From Candidatus Omnitrophota bacterium (GTDB lineage Bacteria; Omnitrophota; Gorgyraeia; Tantalellales; Tantalellaceae), in NCBI GenBank assembly GCA_018813285.1, contig JAHJBY010000104.1, positions 1-58,881 on the forward strand: a DNA stretch of 58,881 nt. Reading direction: 5' to 3'. A program made the position numbers and the translations under genes. Numbering within the stretch: position 1 is the first letter of the stretch; each line of letters opens with the position of its first letter. Positions 45,941 to 54,426 of this stretch are shown here, piece after piece. The notes under the pieces were generated by a model that was not told the origin of the DNA, did no database searches, and worked only from the letters and a program-made list of their open reading frames with translations.

Positions 45941-47220
45941 TTTATCTCGCCCTCCCTGAGAACTATTTTCCCGCCCGAAATAACATCGGTAACCTGCGCT
46001 TTTAGCTTTCGTCCGAAAAACGGCGAATTCTGAGATCGTGATTCCGAACTTTCTTTGCTATAGACCCATCCCCTGCCGGGATCTATGATCGTCACATCCG
46101 CGCGGGAGGCTTCTTTCAATGTGCCTCCCGGCACTCTTAAAATTTTTCGAGGGTTCACCGCGAGTTTTTCGACCAGGGCCTTCCAATCCAGGTATCCCTC
46201 GTCTATCAACGCCGCCGAAAGCGCGAGCGCTGTTTCCAGGCCTATCATCCCGAACGGCGCGTGATCGAACTCTTGCTCCTTTTCATTCACCAAATGGGGG
46301 GCATGATCTGTCGCTATAACGTCTATGGTGCCGTCCCGCAACCCTTCTTTTAACGCCTTGATGTCGGAAATAGAGCGTAGCGGAGGGTTGACTTTCAAAT
46401 TTGTATCATAGTTTTTCAGGTCCTCATCTTTAAGCGTTATGTGATGCGGAGTCACCTCTGCCGTCACGGGAATCCCTTTTTTCTTTGCCTGTCGGATTAC
46501 GTCCACGCTCTCCGCTGTTGATACATGCGCGATGTGCAGCCGTGCGCCGGTAAGCGCGGCCAACCGTACATCCCTCTCCACTATCACCGTTTCCGCCGCG
46601 GCCGGGATAGGCGCAAGACCCAGAACTGTGGACCAATATCCCTCGTGCATAACTCCGTCTCCGGCTATCTTCTTGTCTTCGCAATGAGAAATAACCAAAA
46701 GGTCTATCATCGAAGCATATTCGAGAGCTCGCCGCATAAGACCCGCGTCTTCCACGGAATCTCCATCATCAGAAACAGCCGGCACCCCGGCCTCTTTTAA
46801 TTCTGTCATCTCGGAAAGAGCCTTTCCGTTCCTTCCCCGGGTTATCGTACCGATCGGCCACACTTCCGCGATTCCGTTTTCTTCGGCTTTTTCTTTGAGG
46901 AATTTCACCTGGGCTTGATTGTCGCAGGGAGGATCCGTGTTCGGCATAGGGCATACCGCCGTAAAACCTCCTTTGATCGCGGCTCTTAACCCGGTTCTAA
47001 CGGTTTCTTTATCCTCGCGTCCCGGCTCCCTGAGATGTGTATGCATGTCTATCAGCCCCGGGACAACCATCTTCCCGGTTGCGTCGATGGTCTCGTCTGC
47101 CTTTTCTTTGATCGAGGCGGCTATTTTTATGATCTTTCCGTCTTTGATCAAAAGATCCATTTTTTTGTCTATCCCGGCAACAGGATCTATTACTCTGCCA
47201 TTTTGTATAAGAATCTTCAT
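45937..47220 (-). CDS. pyrC: dihydroorotase
   Basis: DMHTHLREPG metal motif and the ATDHAPH motif. The start is trimmed to ATG 47220 (MKILIQNGRVIDP) with a GGAG RBS. Confidence 0.9.
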   Translation of the reverse strand: MKILIQNGRVIDPVAGIDKKMDLLIKDGKIIKIAASIKEKADETIDATGKMVVPGLIDMHTHLREPGREDKETVRTGLRAAIKGGFTAVCPMPNTDPPCDNQAQVKFLKEKAEENGIAEVWPIGTITRGRNGKALSEMTELKEAGVPAVSDDGDSVEDAGLMRRALEYASMIDLLVISHCEDKKIAGDGVMHEGYWSTVLGLAPIPAAAETVIVERDVRLAALTGARLHIAHVSTAESVDVIRQAKKKGIPVTAEVTPHHITLKDEDLKNYDTNLKVNPPLRSISDIKALKEGLRDGTIDVIATDHAPHLVNEKEQEFDHAPFGMIGLETALALSAALIDEGYLDWKALVEKLAVNPRKILRVPGGTLKEASRADVTIIDPGRGWVYSKESSESRSQNSPFFGRKLKAQVTDVISGGKIVLREGEIK

Positions 47221-47452
47221 TATCACTCCACTTTCATGCTGTTTTTCTTCATTTTTAGGGATTTTGTAATTACTTCCTTCTTTCATATATTCAAATCGTT
47301 CCCATTGCCCCGTCACCCTTCACCGGGATGCCCCTTGACTTGTGTCGTGTGCTCTTGTGTCTTGTGCCATGTGCCTCTATCCTTTCAATCTGTGGACTAT
47401 CGACTGCGGACTGTGGACTATTTCGCCTCGTGCCTCTCGCCTATTCACCATT
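47221..47452. repeat. 232-nt pyrB-pyrC spacer built from short direct repeats
   Basis: CTGTGGACTAT occurs twice (47390..47400, 47411..47421). GTGCCTCT(A/C)(T/G)CCT occurs twice (47371..47383, 47430..47442). There are CTTGTGTC repeats, and GGGATGCCCCTT (47325..47336) is shared with 38629..38640. Confidence 0.45.
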
Positions 47453-48409
47453 CTATTTCGACACGCTCAACAAGAAAAGTACGGCCATCCTGACCGCGAC
47501 ACCGTTTTTCACCTGATCAAGTATGACCGAATATTCCCCATCGGCGGCATCTTGACTAAGTTCGACTCCTCTATTTATAGGCCCCGGGTGCATTATTAAC
47601 ACGTCTTTTTTCGCGTGTTTCGCCAGGCGCTCTTTGTCTATTCCGAAACACTTTACATATTCCCTTGTGCCGGGAAACAGCGGTGTTTCTTGTCTTTCCA
47701 GCTGTATCCTGAGGACATTCAAAACATCGGCTCCCTTGATGGCTGCGCCGATGTCATAGACGACCCGCACTCCCATTTCTTCCATTCGGGCGGGCATCAT
47801 TGTTTTCGGACCCGAGACTGTTACATTAGCGCCGAGTTTTTTCAGCGCCCATATATTGCTTCTGGCAACCCGCGAGTGGGCAATATCCCCGATAATGCTC
47901 ACATTAAGCCCTTCTATCCTGCCGAGGTGCTTGCGCATTGTAAACACATCAAGAAGTGCTTGCGTGGGGTGTTCATGCGCCCCGTCACCGGCGTTCACGA
48001 TCGCCGCTTTGGTGCATCCGGACAGGAACTTTGGCACCCCGGCGCTGGAGTGCCTGATTATCACCATGTCGATCTTCATTGCTTCTATGTTGCGGACCGT
48101 ATCTTTGAGTGTTTCTCCTTTTTGGAAGCTGGAAGCAGCCATGGCAATGTTAACCGTATCCGCGCTAAGGCGCTTTGCTGCAAGCTCAAATGACGTCCGC
48201 GTCCGTGTGGATGGTTCACAAAACAGATTTACTATCGTCTTTCCCCGGAGAGCCGGCACCTTGGGAATGGCCCTTTCTATGATCTCTCTAAAACCTTCCG
48301 CCTGGTCAAGGATCAATAAAATTTCTTCTTTCGTCAGATCTTCGATCCCCAAAAGATGCTTCTTTGTCCATTGCGCGCGGGCCGCGCTTGTTTTAGATCT
48401 TCTTTTCAT
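47453..48409 (-). CDS. pyrB: aspartate carbamoyltransferase catalytic subunit
   Basis: 318 aa with STRTR, HPTQ and HPGP motifs. Confidence 0.9.
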   Translation of the reverse strand: MKRRSKTSAARAQWTKKHLLGIEDLTKEEILLILDQAEGFREIIERAIPKVPALRGKTIVNLFCEPSTRTRTSFELAAKRLSADTVNIAMAASSFQKGETLKDTVRNIEAMKIDMVIIRHSSAGVPKFLSGCTKAAIVNAGDGAHEHPTQALLDVFTMRKHLGRIEGLNVSIIGDIAHSRVARSNIWALKKLGANVTVSGPKTMMPARMEEMGVRVVYDIGAAIKGADVLNVLRIQLERQETPLFPGTREYVKCFGIDKERLAKHAKKDVLIMHPGPINRGVELSQDAADGEYSVILDQVKNGVAVRMAVLFLLSVSK

Positions 48410-48944
48410 TAGTGACCACTACCTCCTCGACTCCATCCGTCTCTTCAAGGCGAACTTCCACACATTCTTTGGTGGAAGTGGGGACATTTTTTCCTATATA
48501 ATCCGGTCTGATGGGCAATTCCCGGTGCCCCCGGTCTACAAGAACCGCCAGTTGTATTTGTGCCGGCCGGCCGAAGTCTATCAGCTCGTCGAGTGCGCAT
48601 CTGACGGTGCGTCCCGTAAAAAGAACGTCATCTACAAGAACGATGTGTTTTCCGGTTATATCAAACTCTATTTCTGTCCCATGCACGACCGGCTGTTCCG
48701 CGATCTCCGTAAGGTCATCCCTGTAAAGAGTGATATCGATCGCCCCTACGGGTATTTCCGTTTTTTTGATCGTTCCGAGATCCTTTGCCACTCTCTCCGC
48801 AAGAAAGGCTCCCCGTGACTTTATTCCTATGACAGCGACCTCTTCAGGACCCCGGTTTTGTTCAGCTATTTCATGGGCAATTCGCTTCAGGACTCTTTTT
48901 ATACCGTCTTTGTCTAATACCCGGGCGTTATTTTTGTCACCCAC
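48393..48944 (-). CDS. pyrR: bifunctional pyr operon regulator / uracil phosphoribosyltransferase PyrR
   Basis: 183 aa with the PRPP motif [13 protein letters not shown]. First gene of the pyr operon. Confidence 0.9.
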   Translation of the reverse strand: MGDKNNARVLDKDGIKRVLKRIAHEIAEQNRGPEEVAVIGIKSRGAFLAERVAKDLGTIKKTEIPVGAIDITLYRDDLTEIAEQPVVHGTEIEFDITGKHIVLVDDVLFTGRTVRCALDELIDFGRPAQIQLAVLVDRGHRELPIRPDYIGKNVPTSTKECVEVRLEETDGVEEVVVTNEKKI

Positions 48945-48990
48945 TTTTTTCCCCCTTTTTGCCGCGTCTTGCGCCCTGCCGGGCGCGCAT

Positions 48991-49110
48991 AAAAAAAACC
49001 TCCCTGTCCATGAGACAAGCAGGCTCTTCGTTCCGCGCGTACTCCTTCATCTTTCTCCTTTCCGGCCTCACAGAACCGCTTTAAAGGGTTTCTATATCCT
49101 CTCTCAACTT
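48991..49110 (-). promoter_or_regulatory. pyr leader: candidate PyrR-binding motif plus intrinsic terminator (attenuator)
   Basis: Minus-strand GUUGAGAGAGGAU (plus 49096..49108) matches GUCCAGAGAGGCU at 10/13 positions. The downstream hairpin CCTGCTTGTC-TCATG-GACAGGGAGG is followed by eight T (plus 48991..49023). Confidence 0.5.
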
Positions 49111-49122
49111 CTTCGCTCCACC

Positions 49123-49151
49123 ATTATCTACATTTTACAGAAAAATGTCAA
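49123..49151 (-). promoter_or_regulatory. sigma70-like promoter of the pyr operon
   Basis: Minus strand TTGACA (49146..49151), 17-nt spacer, GATAAT (49123..49128). Confidence 0.5.
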
Positions 49152-49221
49152 GGCGTTTTTCACCGGCGTTTTTTTCACCGGCGGCGGGTCAACTAAAATA
49201 TTCAGCATGTCTACTCTTGAA

Positions 49222-52200
49222 TTATGCCGCTGTCAAAACCGCCCATGCCTCTTTTATGGCTCGTTCGAGTTCAGGTGTCAGCGGAGCAGGTACAGGCGGG
49301 ATCTTGCTTATAGATGATAAATTGCCTTTACTAATGGCTTCAAACCAGTCGTTGAGGATCTTGGATAGAGAGAACATGCTCGTGCCTTGTTCAGGCCCGA
49401 CAAGAACACGAACCGAGATGTTTTCTCGTGATAGTTCTTGTTTAAATTCTCTTTCAATTTCAGCTTGTAGTCTATCCGCGTCATCTTCGGTTTTCACGGC
49501 GTCTGTCGCTATGGCCATATATTCACCATCGGTTAGCGCGCCTGAGAAGAAATCTTTCACTATCGCGACTCTATCCTTAGCATTAGAGATATCATAACCG
49601 AACCGCCCTGCTGTTTCCTGCATTTGTCTTTCAGTTATCCTGGATACGTTGAATTTCTCGGGCAGGTTTAATGCTTCCCTGACTGGCAGATTTAACGCCT
49701 TCCTGATATCGTCTCTATTGAGGCCATCGATAAGATCGACATCTTCATCAGTAACTCCTGTTACGACCAGTTCAAACTCAATATTCTCTGAACCTTTAAC
49801 TTTTTGTTTTAATAGGCCCGTTGTATTCAATGCATGGGTTATATCCGGGGAGTTTTTAAGTACATTAATCGGTACACAAAACCGGAACTTTGTAACTTCC
49901 ATAAGGTCTTGACTTGTCCCGCGCAACCCGCTGATATGAGAATTCAGCTGGCTGACTTTTCTGGCTTCTCCATTAAGTGCGCTAAATGCTTCTCGAACCT
50001 GTGCAGTTTTATAAACAGTCTCTTCTCCCACCGGCAATTTTATCGTAAACGTTGTTCCTTCGTCGCCTTTGCTTTTTATTTCGATTGCACCTCCGTGAAG
50101 CCGGATGATATGCCTGATCCAGGGCAATCCTAATCCAGTACTCGCCCTTGTCGACCAGCCAATATCGTAGATTCTTTCCCGTGACGGGTCAATGCTGCTC
50201 GGTTTAAGACCTTCTTCGGGTATTCCCGGTCCGTTATCTATTACTTGTATCCTCACATACGTATCTTCGGGATTATATTCCAGCTTGATGTTTACCTTTT
50301 CCGCGCCCGATGCGTAAGCATTTCTAATTAGATTTGCAACAGCGCTTTCTAACAGTTGAGGATTAGCCGGAATATTCAGTTGCAAAAGACCGCTCGGGTC
50401 AATTTTTACAGAAGTTCCGCGTTTTTTTACAAGAGCGATAATGTCTACCTCTCCTTTTATATCTTCTACCTTTCCATTAGCAAAGGTAACTAGGCTGCCG
50501 AGGAAATCTATTGCTTTTTGAAAATAGTAATCTACTGCTTCCGGAAAAGGCCTTAAATCATCTTTGCTTGATGCCCTCAGTAACTCTTTAAAACTTGGAA
50601 TTTCATTAAATTCGGCCGCGTACTTATTGCAAATCCTGTTAAATTCGTCTTTACAATCCGCGAATTCTTTCTTAATCTCCTCCAGGCTCTTCCTCCAATC
50701 CTTGACACTACCGGTATGGTATTTAACTCTGTGGTGTAAAGCTTTTATCCTTCGGAATGGATTTCCCGTTTTATCGTAAAAACTTTCTAAACTCCGGATA
50801 ATTTCCTTATCTAAGCCTTTCTTCTTTGATCGACCAATAAAATAGCCTATCAAGGTAAAAGGATATTCAAACTCTGCTCTTATATCAAACAATTCATCTT
50901 TATGATGCATTATTCTTATTGCCAGCAGCACCCGTTCGTATTCAGGGACGAGGTTGTAAAGTTTTGTCCTTATCCTCAGTTCACCGGATAAATCACGGAC
51001 ACGGTTAATTATCTCTTCATCATTACTCATCATCAGTTCAGATAAGACGAAGAGCGCTGCGGCCTCTTCATCAGCAAGAAATTCTTTTGCCAGAGAAATA
51101 GCATCTTCCGGCTTATTGTTTTTTATTAAGTAGTATAGATCGGATTTTTTCCGGTTAGTTTCGCGCTGAGAATAATACTTATCCCCTTTTTGCCCACCGA
51201 CAGCTTTCGGAAGGGTTAAACCGCCTATCAGATCAGCCAAATCATTTAAGTGTGATGAATCTACACCTTTTACCCTGTGTTTTAATAAATACTCCTCCGT
51301 CTCAAACAGCATCTGCCAGGCATTATCAGCCAATCTCTCAACAACATTTTGCATCTTAGGAGTAAGGCTGATGGAATCTAATATCTTCTTTACTTCCCGA
51401 GATATTTTTTTGTTCTCTTCGTCGGACAGGTAAGGGTCCTTCATAAGATCTTTCAATTTTAACCCTGACTGTGTATCTATTACCATGTCTTTATTTAATC
51501 CGCTGGAAAGCCAGAGACAATCCCAATTTATCTGATGTAATCGTTTATCAAAAATAATTGGTGACTGTGCTTCTCCTGCTTGACAAATTTCTTCTCTTGT
51601 CTCCGGCCAAAAAGACGCGTACCAGATAGGTTTTTCCAAACGATACCAGATAGCTTGAGCAAGTGGAGAAAGCTTCTCGCCTATCTCAAGTACCATCTTT
51701 GCCTCTTCAACTATTTCACGGCCGCGTTCATTTAATTTATCTCCTAATTCTTCTTTGGCTTTTTCAATTATGTCTATTGTTATACCTCTCATTCTAACTA
51801 TCCCATCTATATCACCTTTAACTATTAATTTCTTCACCAGCTCAATCTTTTGTCTATGATTCATTCCTCCAAGGATGTCGGGAGGGATAGGAATAGCCCG
51901 GCCTCCCTGCCCTTCATGGCCGCTAGCTATCTTTTTTGCTTTTTGGACATCTATAATCAAACTTTGGTTTGTGTCAAATGAAGGAGCAAATAGTGGATAT
52001 TTATTCTGGTCCCGGAAATACTTTATGTTGTATTCTCCCAGGTATAATTTTGAAAAATTCTTATGGAACTCTACGGGTATTCCATGGTTAACCAATGTTT
52101 CATAGAGCGTAAAATGGCCGTCTATGAAATTAAAAGTGCTATCCTCGTTTCGCCCTTCAACGCTAATTCTTATTCTGCCTGGATCGGTTGGATCATTTAC

Positions 52201-53793
52201 AAAATGAATCGTATGCCCTCTTAAAAACTCTATTGAATTACCGCCCATTTTTTGATACCCGTCCATATCAATATAAGCCTTGTTTGCCTCCTTTTGTATG
52301 TCCTCTAATCGGTAATAATCTTTCTTATACCGCAAAAGATTTTTCTTCTGCAGAATTTTATTGGAATAACGGCTGCGACTTATATCATCAAAGGATGTAA
52401 TTGTTTTATTTTCCCACTTGTACGCAAGAACTCTATATACAAATGTTAACACCTCGAAAAATAGCTTCAATGAGACTTTGTCCCTTGGAAGACCTTTAAT
52501 ATCTTGGTTAGCTTCTATCAGTGCTTTCATGTTTTGTTTTCGCTGATCCTTTTCCTGCCTTGACCACTTAGTATAACGGGGTATAATTTCAGCTATATCT
52601 TTTTCTTCTTGCTCTTTTTTGTCTTTAACTATTTTTTTGATTTCTTCACGATGAAAAAAAGCGTTTTTTATCTCACATAGAAACTTCATGAATAGTTCTT
52701 GCTGATAATCGTTATAATCTTTGAAAGTCTTGCCTTTTTCTAATTCAATATCCTCAATGGAGAATGCCGAAGGCGGGATCTTTGTATACATTGTATAGCT
52801 ATGTTCTTTTAGCGATTTCGGTCCGCCTATTCCTATATTTAACCACATAATCTTCTTTTCCTGATAGTCAGGGGCTTCAAAATACGCGATGTCCTTCCAC
52901 CATTTATCACCAACCTCATTTTCTTCTGTAGGGGGCATATCTCTTAAGATGGCGTCTATTATCGTAAACGGAATGTCGTCTTCGTTAACATTAACTTTCC
53001 CGGACTCGAGTAAAGACACTACAGGAATATCCGGAGGGTCAGAAATAGACCGGCCTCCCTGCCCTTCATCGTCGCTATTTGTATTGCTTGCAACTCTATA
53101 AAATCTCTCATCCTTATCTTCTTGCAATCCTCTAACGAGTTTTGTTCTTTTTTCAATATCAAAAAACACTTGCAAGAAATTCTTATATCGGCCTCGGCTA
53201 TTTTTGGCTTCGAGAATGGGGCGCATTAGCTTGATGAATTCTCTTTCTTCAACAGAAAGATCTGTATTCGGATAGACCACATGTTCGTTTATTATGAAAC
53301 GAAGTTCAAACGCACATGCTATAACGTCGTTAAAAAGAATGGACTTTGCCTGTTCTTCTTTTGTCCTATTTTTTTTGTTTTTGAGATTGAAGCGCGTTAT
53401 TGTGGCGCTTAAGAGTGCGGACAAAAGGGATTCGGTTGAGGGAAATCGGGCAATTGAATCTTTCTGGTTATCGGGTAGCTGTGCATAATAAGCCCGGAGT
53501 ATTTCTTCATTGTTTAAGATTTGTTCTCTTAGCCTGTGGTACCTTGTGCGGCGTGGATGTTTTGCCCGCAGCATCTTTTGTTCTTCTTTCTGCATAAGAA
53601 CCTCAAAGTCTTCGTGGCAGCAAATTCTTACGAGAAGAAGGTCGTTTTCCGGGTTTACTTCTTTTTTCAATCTTTCAGGTACGGCATATCTTCCGGAATC
53701 TAAAAGAACCCCTCTGGCGCGAAGTCTCTCGAGGATCCTATCATGTCTACTCCCGGGCTTTACACCCCATATAAACCCGCTTTCTCTGTACAT
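49222..53793 (-). CDS. giant orphan protein (1,523 aa) with a HisKA_2-like H-box and GHKL (HATPase_c) ATPase module; the remainder is unassignable
   Basis: Uninterrupted 4.57-kb ORF containing ALHHRVKYH, N-box VANLIRNAYASGA, G1 VIDNGPGIP and G2 STGLGLPWIRHIIRLHGGAIEIKS..GTTFTIKLP. No TM segments are visible by eye, and the region is more AT-rich than its flanks. Confidence 0.7.
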   Translation of the reverse strand: MYRESGFIWGVKPGSRHDRILERLRARGVLLDSGRYAVPERLKKEVNPENDLLLVRICCHEDFEVLMQKEEQKMLRAKHPRRTRYHRLREQILNNEEILRAYYAQLPDNQKDSIARFPSTESLLSALLSATITRFNLKNKKNRTKEEQAKSILFNDVIACAFELRFIINEHVVYPNTDLSVEEREFIKLMRPILEAKNSRGRYKNFLQVFFDIEKRTKLVRGLQEDKDERFYRVASNTNSDDEGQGGRSISDPPDIPVVSLLESGKVNVNEDDIPFTIIDAILRDMPPTEENEVGDKWWKDIAYFEAPDYQEKKIMWLNIGIGGPKSLKEHSYTMYTKIPPSAFSIEDIELEKGKTFKDYNDYQQELFMKFLCEIKNAFFHREEIKKIVKDKKEQEEKDIAEIIPRYTKWSRQEKDQRKQNMKALIEANQDIKGLPRDKVSLKLFFEVLTFVYRVLAYKWENKTITSFDDISRSRYSNKILQKKNLLRYKKDYYRLEDIQKEANKAYIDMDGYQKMGGNSIEFLRGHTIHFVNDPTDPGRIRISVEGRNEDSTFNFIDGHFTLYETLVNHGIPVEFHKNFSKLYLGEYNIKYFRDQNKYPLFAPSFDTNQSLIIDVQKAKKIASGHEGQGGRAIPIPPDILGGMNHRQKIELVKKLIVKGDIDGIVRMRGITIDIIEKAKEELGDKLNERGREIVEEAKMVLEIGEKLSPLAQAIWYRLEKPIWYASFWPETREEICQAGEAQSPIIFDKRLHQINWDCLWLSSGLNKDMVIDTQSGLKLKDLMKDPYLSDEENKKISREVKKILDSISLTPKMQNVVERLADNAWQMLFETEEYLLKHRVKGVDSSHLNDLADLIGGLTLPKAVGGQKGDKYYSQRETNRKKSDLYYLIKNNKPEDAISLAKEFLADEEAAALFVLSELMMSNDEEIINRVRDLSGELRIRTKLYNLVPEYERVLLAIRIMHHKDELFDIRAEFEYPFTLIGYFIGRSKKKGLDKEIIRSLESFYDKTGNPFRRIKALHHRVKYHTGSVKDWRKSLEEIKKEFADCKDEFNRICNKYAAEFNEIPSFKELLRASSKDDLRPFPEAVDYYFQKAIDFLGSLVTFANGKVEDIKGEVDIIALVKKRGTSVKIDPSGLLQLNIPANPQLLESAVANLIRNAYASGAEKVNIKLEYNPEDTYVRIQVIDNGPGIPEEGLKPSSIDPSRERIYDIGWSTRASTGLGLPWIRHIIRLHGGAIEIKSKGDEGTTFTIKLPVGEETVYKTAQVREAFSALNGEARKVSQLNSHISGLRGTSQDLMEVTKFRFCVPINVLKNSPDITHALNTTGLLKQKVKGSENIEFELVVTGVTDEDVDLIDGLNRDDIRKALNLPVREALNLPEKFNVSRITERQMQETAGRFGYDISNAKDRVAIVKDFFSGALTDGEYMAIATDAVKTEDDADRLQAEIEREFKQELSRENISVRVLVGPEQGTSMFSLSKILNDWFEAISKGNLSSISKIPPVPAPLTPELERAIKEAWAVLTAA

Positions 53794-54161
53794 TGACGCG
53801 ATTATCTCTCTCTTAAGGCCTGGTTGGTCGTTAACTGTCCATGGCCCTAAGGTAGATTTCTGAGCAGGGAAAGATTCTGCAAAGGCAAGGCTTGAAAGAA
53901 AGGTATTGGATAGAAATATTCCCCCACCAGGGCTGTTACTTTTCGTAACATCTTTTTAAAATTGGGATTATTTCCTCTTAAAATACACATTTATGTCCCC
54001 GTAAAAAAATTGACCCTGTATTACGAAAGTCAAGGTTTCTCCCCACAAAACACCGGAACGGAGGGAGTCTGGCTTTTGAACGGTTTAATTATACCATATG
54101 TGTATTTAGAAATCTATACAAAAGTAACAGCTCAGCCATGAAAAAGATGGAGACTCGTTAA

Positions 54162-54361
54162 GAACAAACATTGGGTACAATCCGTACGGGCCTTTGATGA
54201 AGCGAGAAAGCCAGGTATTATAAAAAAGTAAGTTGTTCCGTGTGATTTATTCTCAGTAAAAACAAATTACTTTTTTATAATTTTCGAGCGAATCATAGAG
54301 CAAGGCCTGCCGCTGGAAGCAGGCCGAGCGTGCCCGGTAGGATTATGCCCAATGGTTGTTC
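54162..54361. repeat. 200-nt imperfect palindrome (candidate rod-shaped ncRNA or MITE) in the parB / giant-ORF gap
   Basis: Outer arms 54162..54191 and 54332..54361 match at 24/30. Inner arms 54216..54231 and 54267..54282 match at 15/16. The right arm carries an extra GGCCTGC...GCAGGCC hairpin (54304..54326). Confidence 0.4.
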
Positions 54362-54426
54362 CGCGGATAGCTGAACTATTACACATAAAAATGATTTTGT
54401 GATTTTGCGGAGCGGGGAAAGAATGG

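Noticed and set aside
47390-47421. TGTGGACTA repeats that resemble DnaA boxes (TGTGGATAA), which could suggest an origin.
   Set aside because: They match at only 7/9 positions, there are just two copies, and they sit inside the pyr operon between pyrB and pyrC. No AT-rich unwinding element is adjacent. oriC more likely lies beyond the right edge, next to rpmH/dnaA.
53794-54426. oriC in the parB / giant-ORF gap.
   Set aside because: I could not find a cluster of TTATCCACA-like boxes by eye. The dominant feature is a long palindrome, which I report as an RNA/MITE candidate instead.
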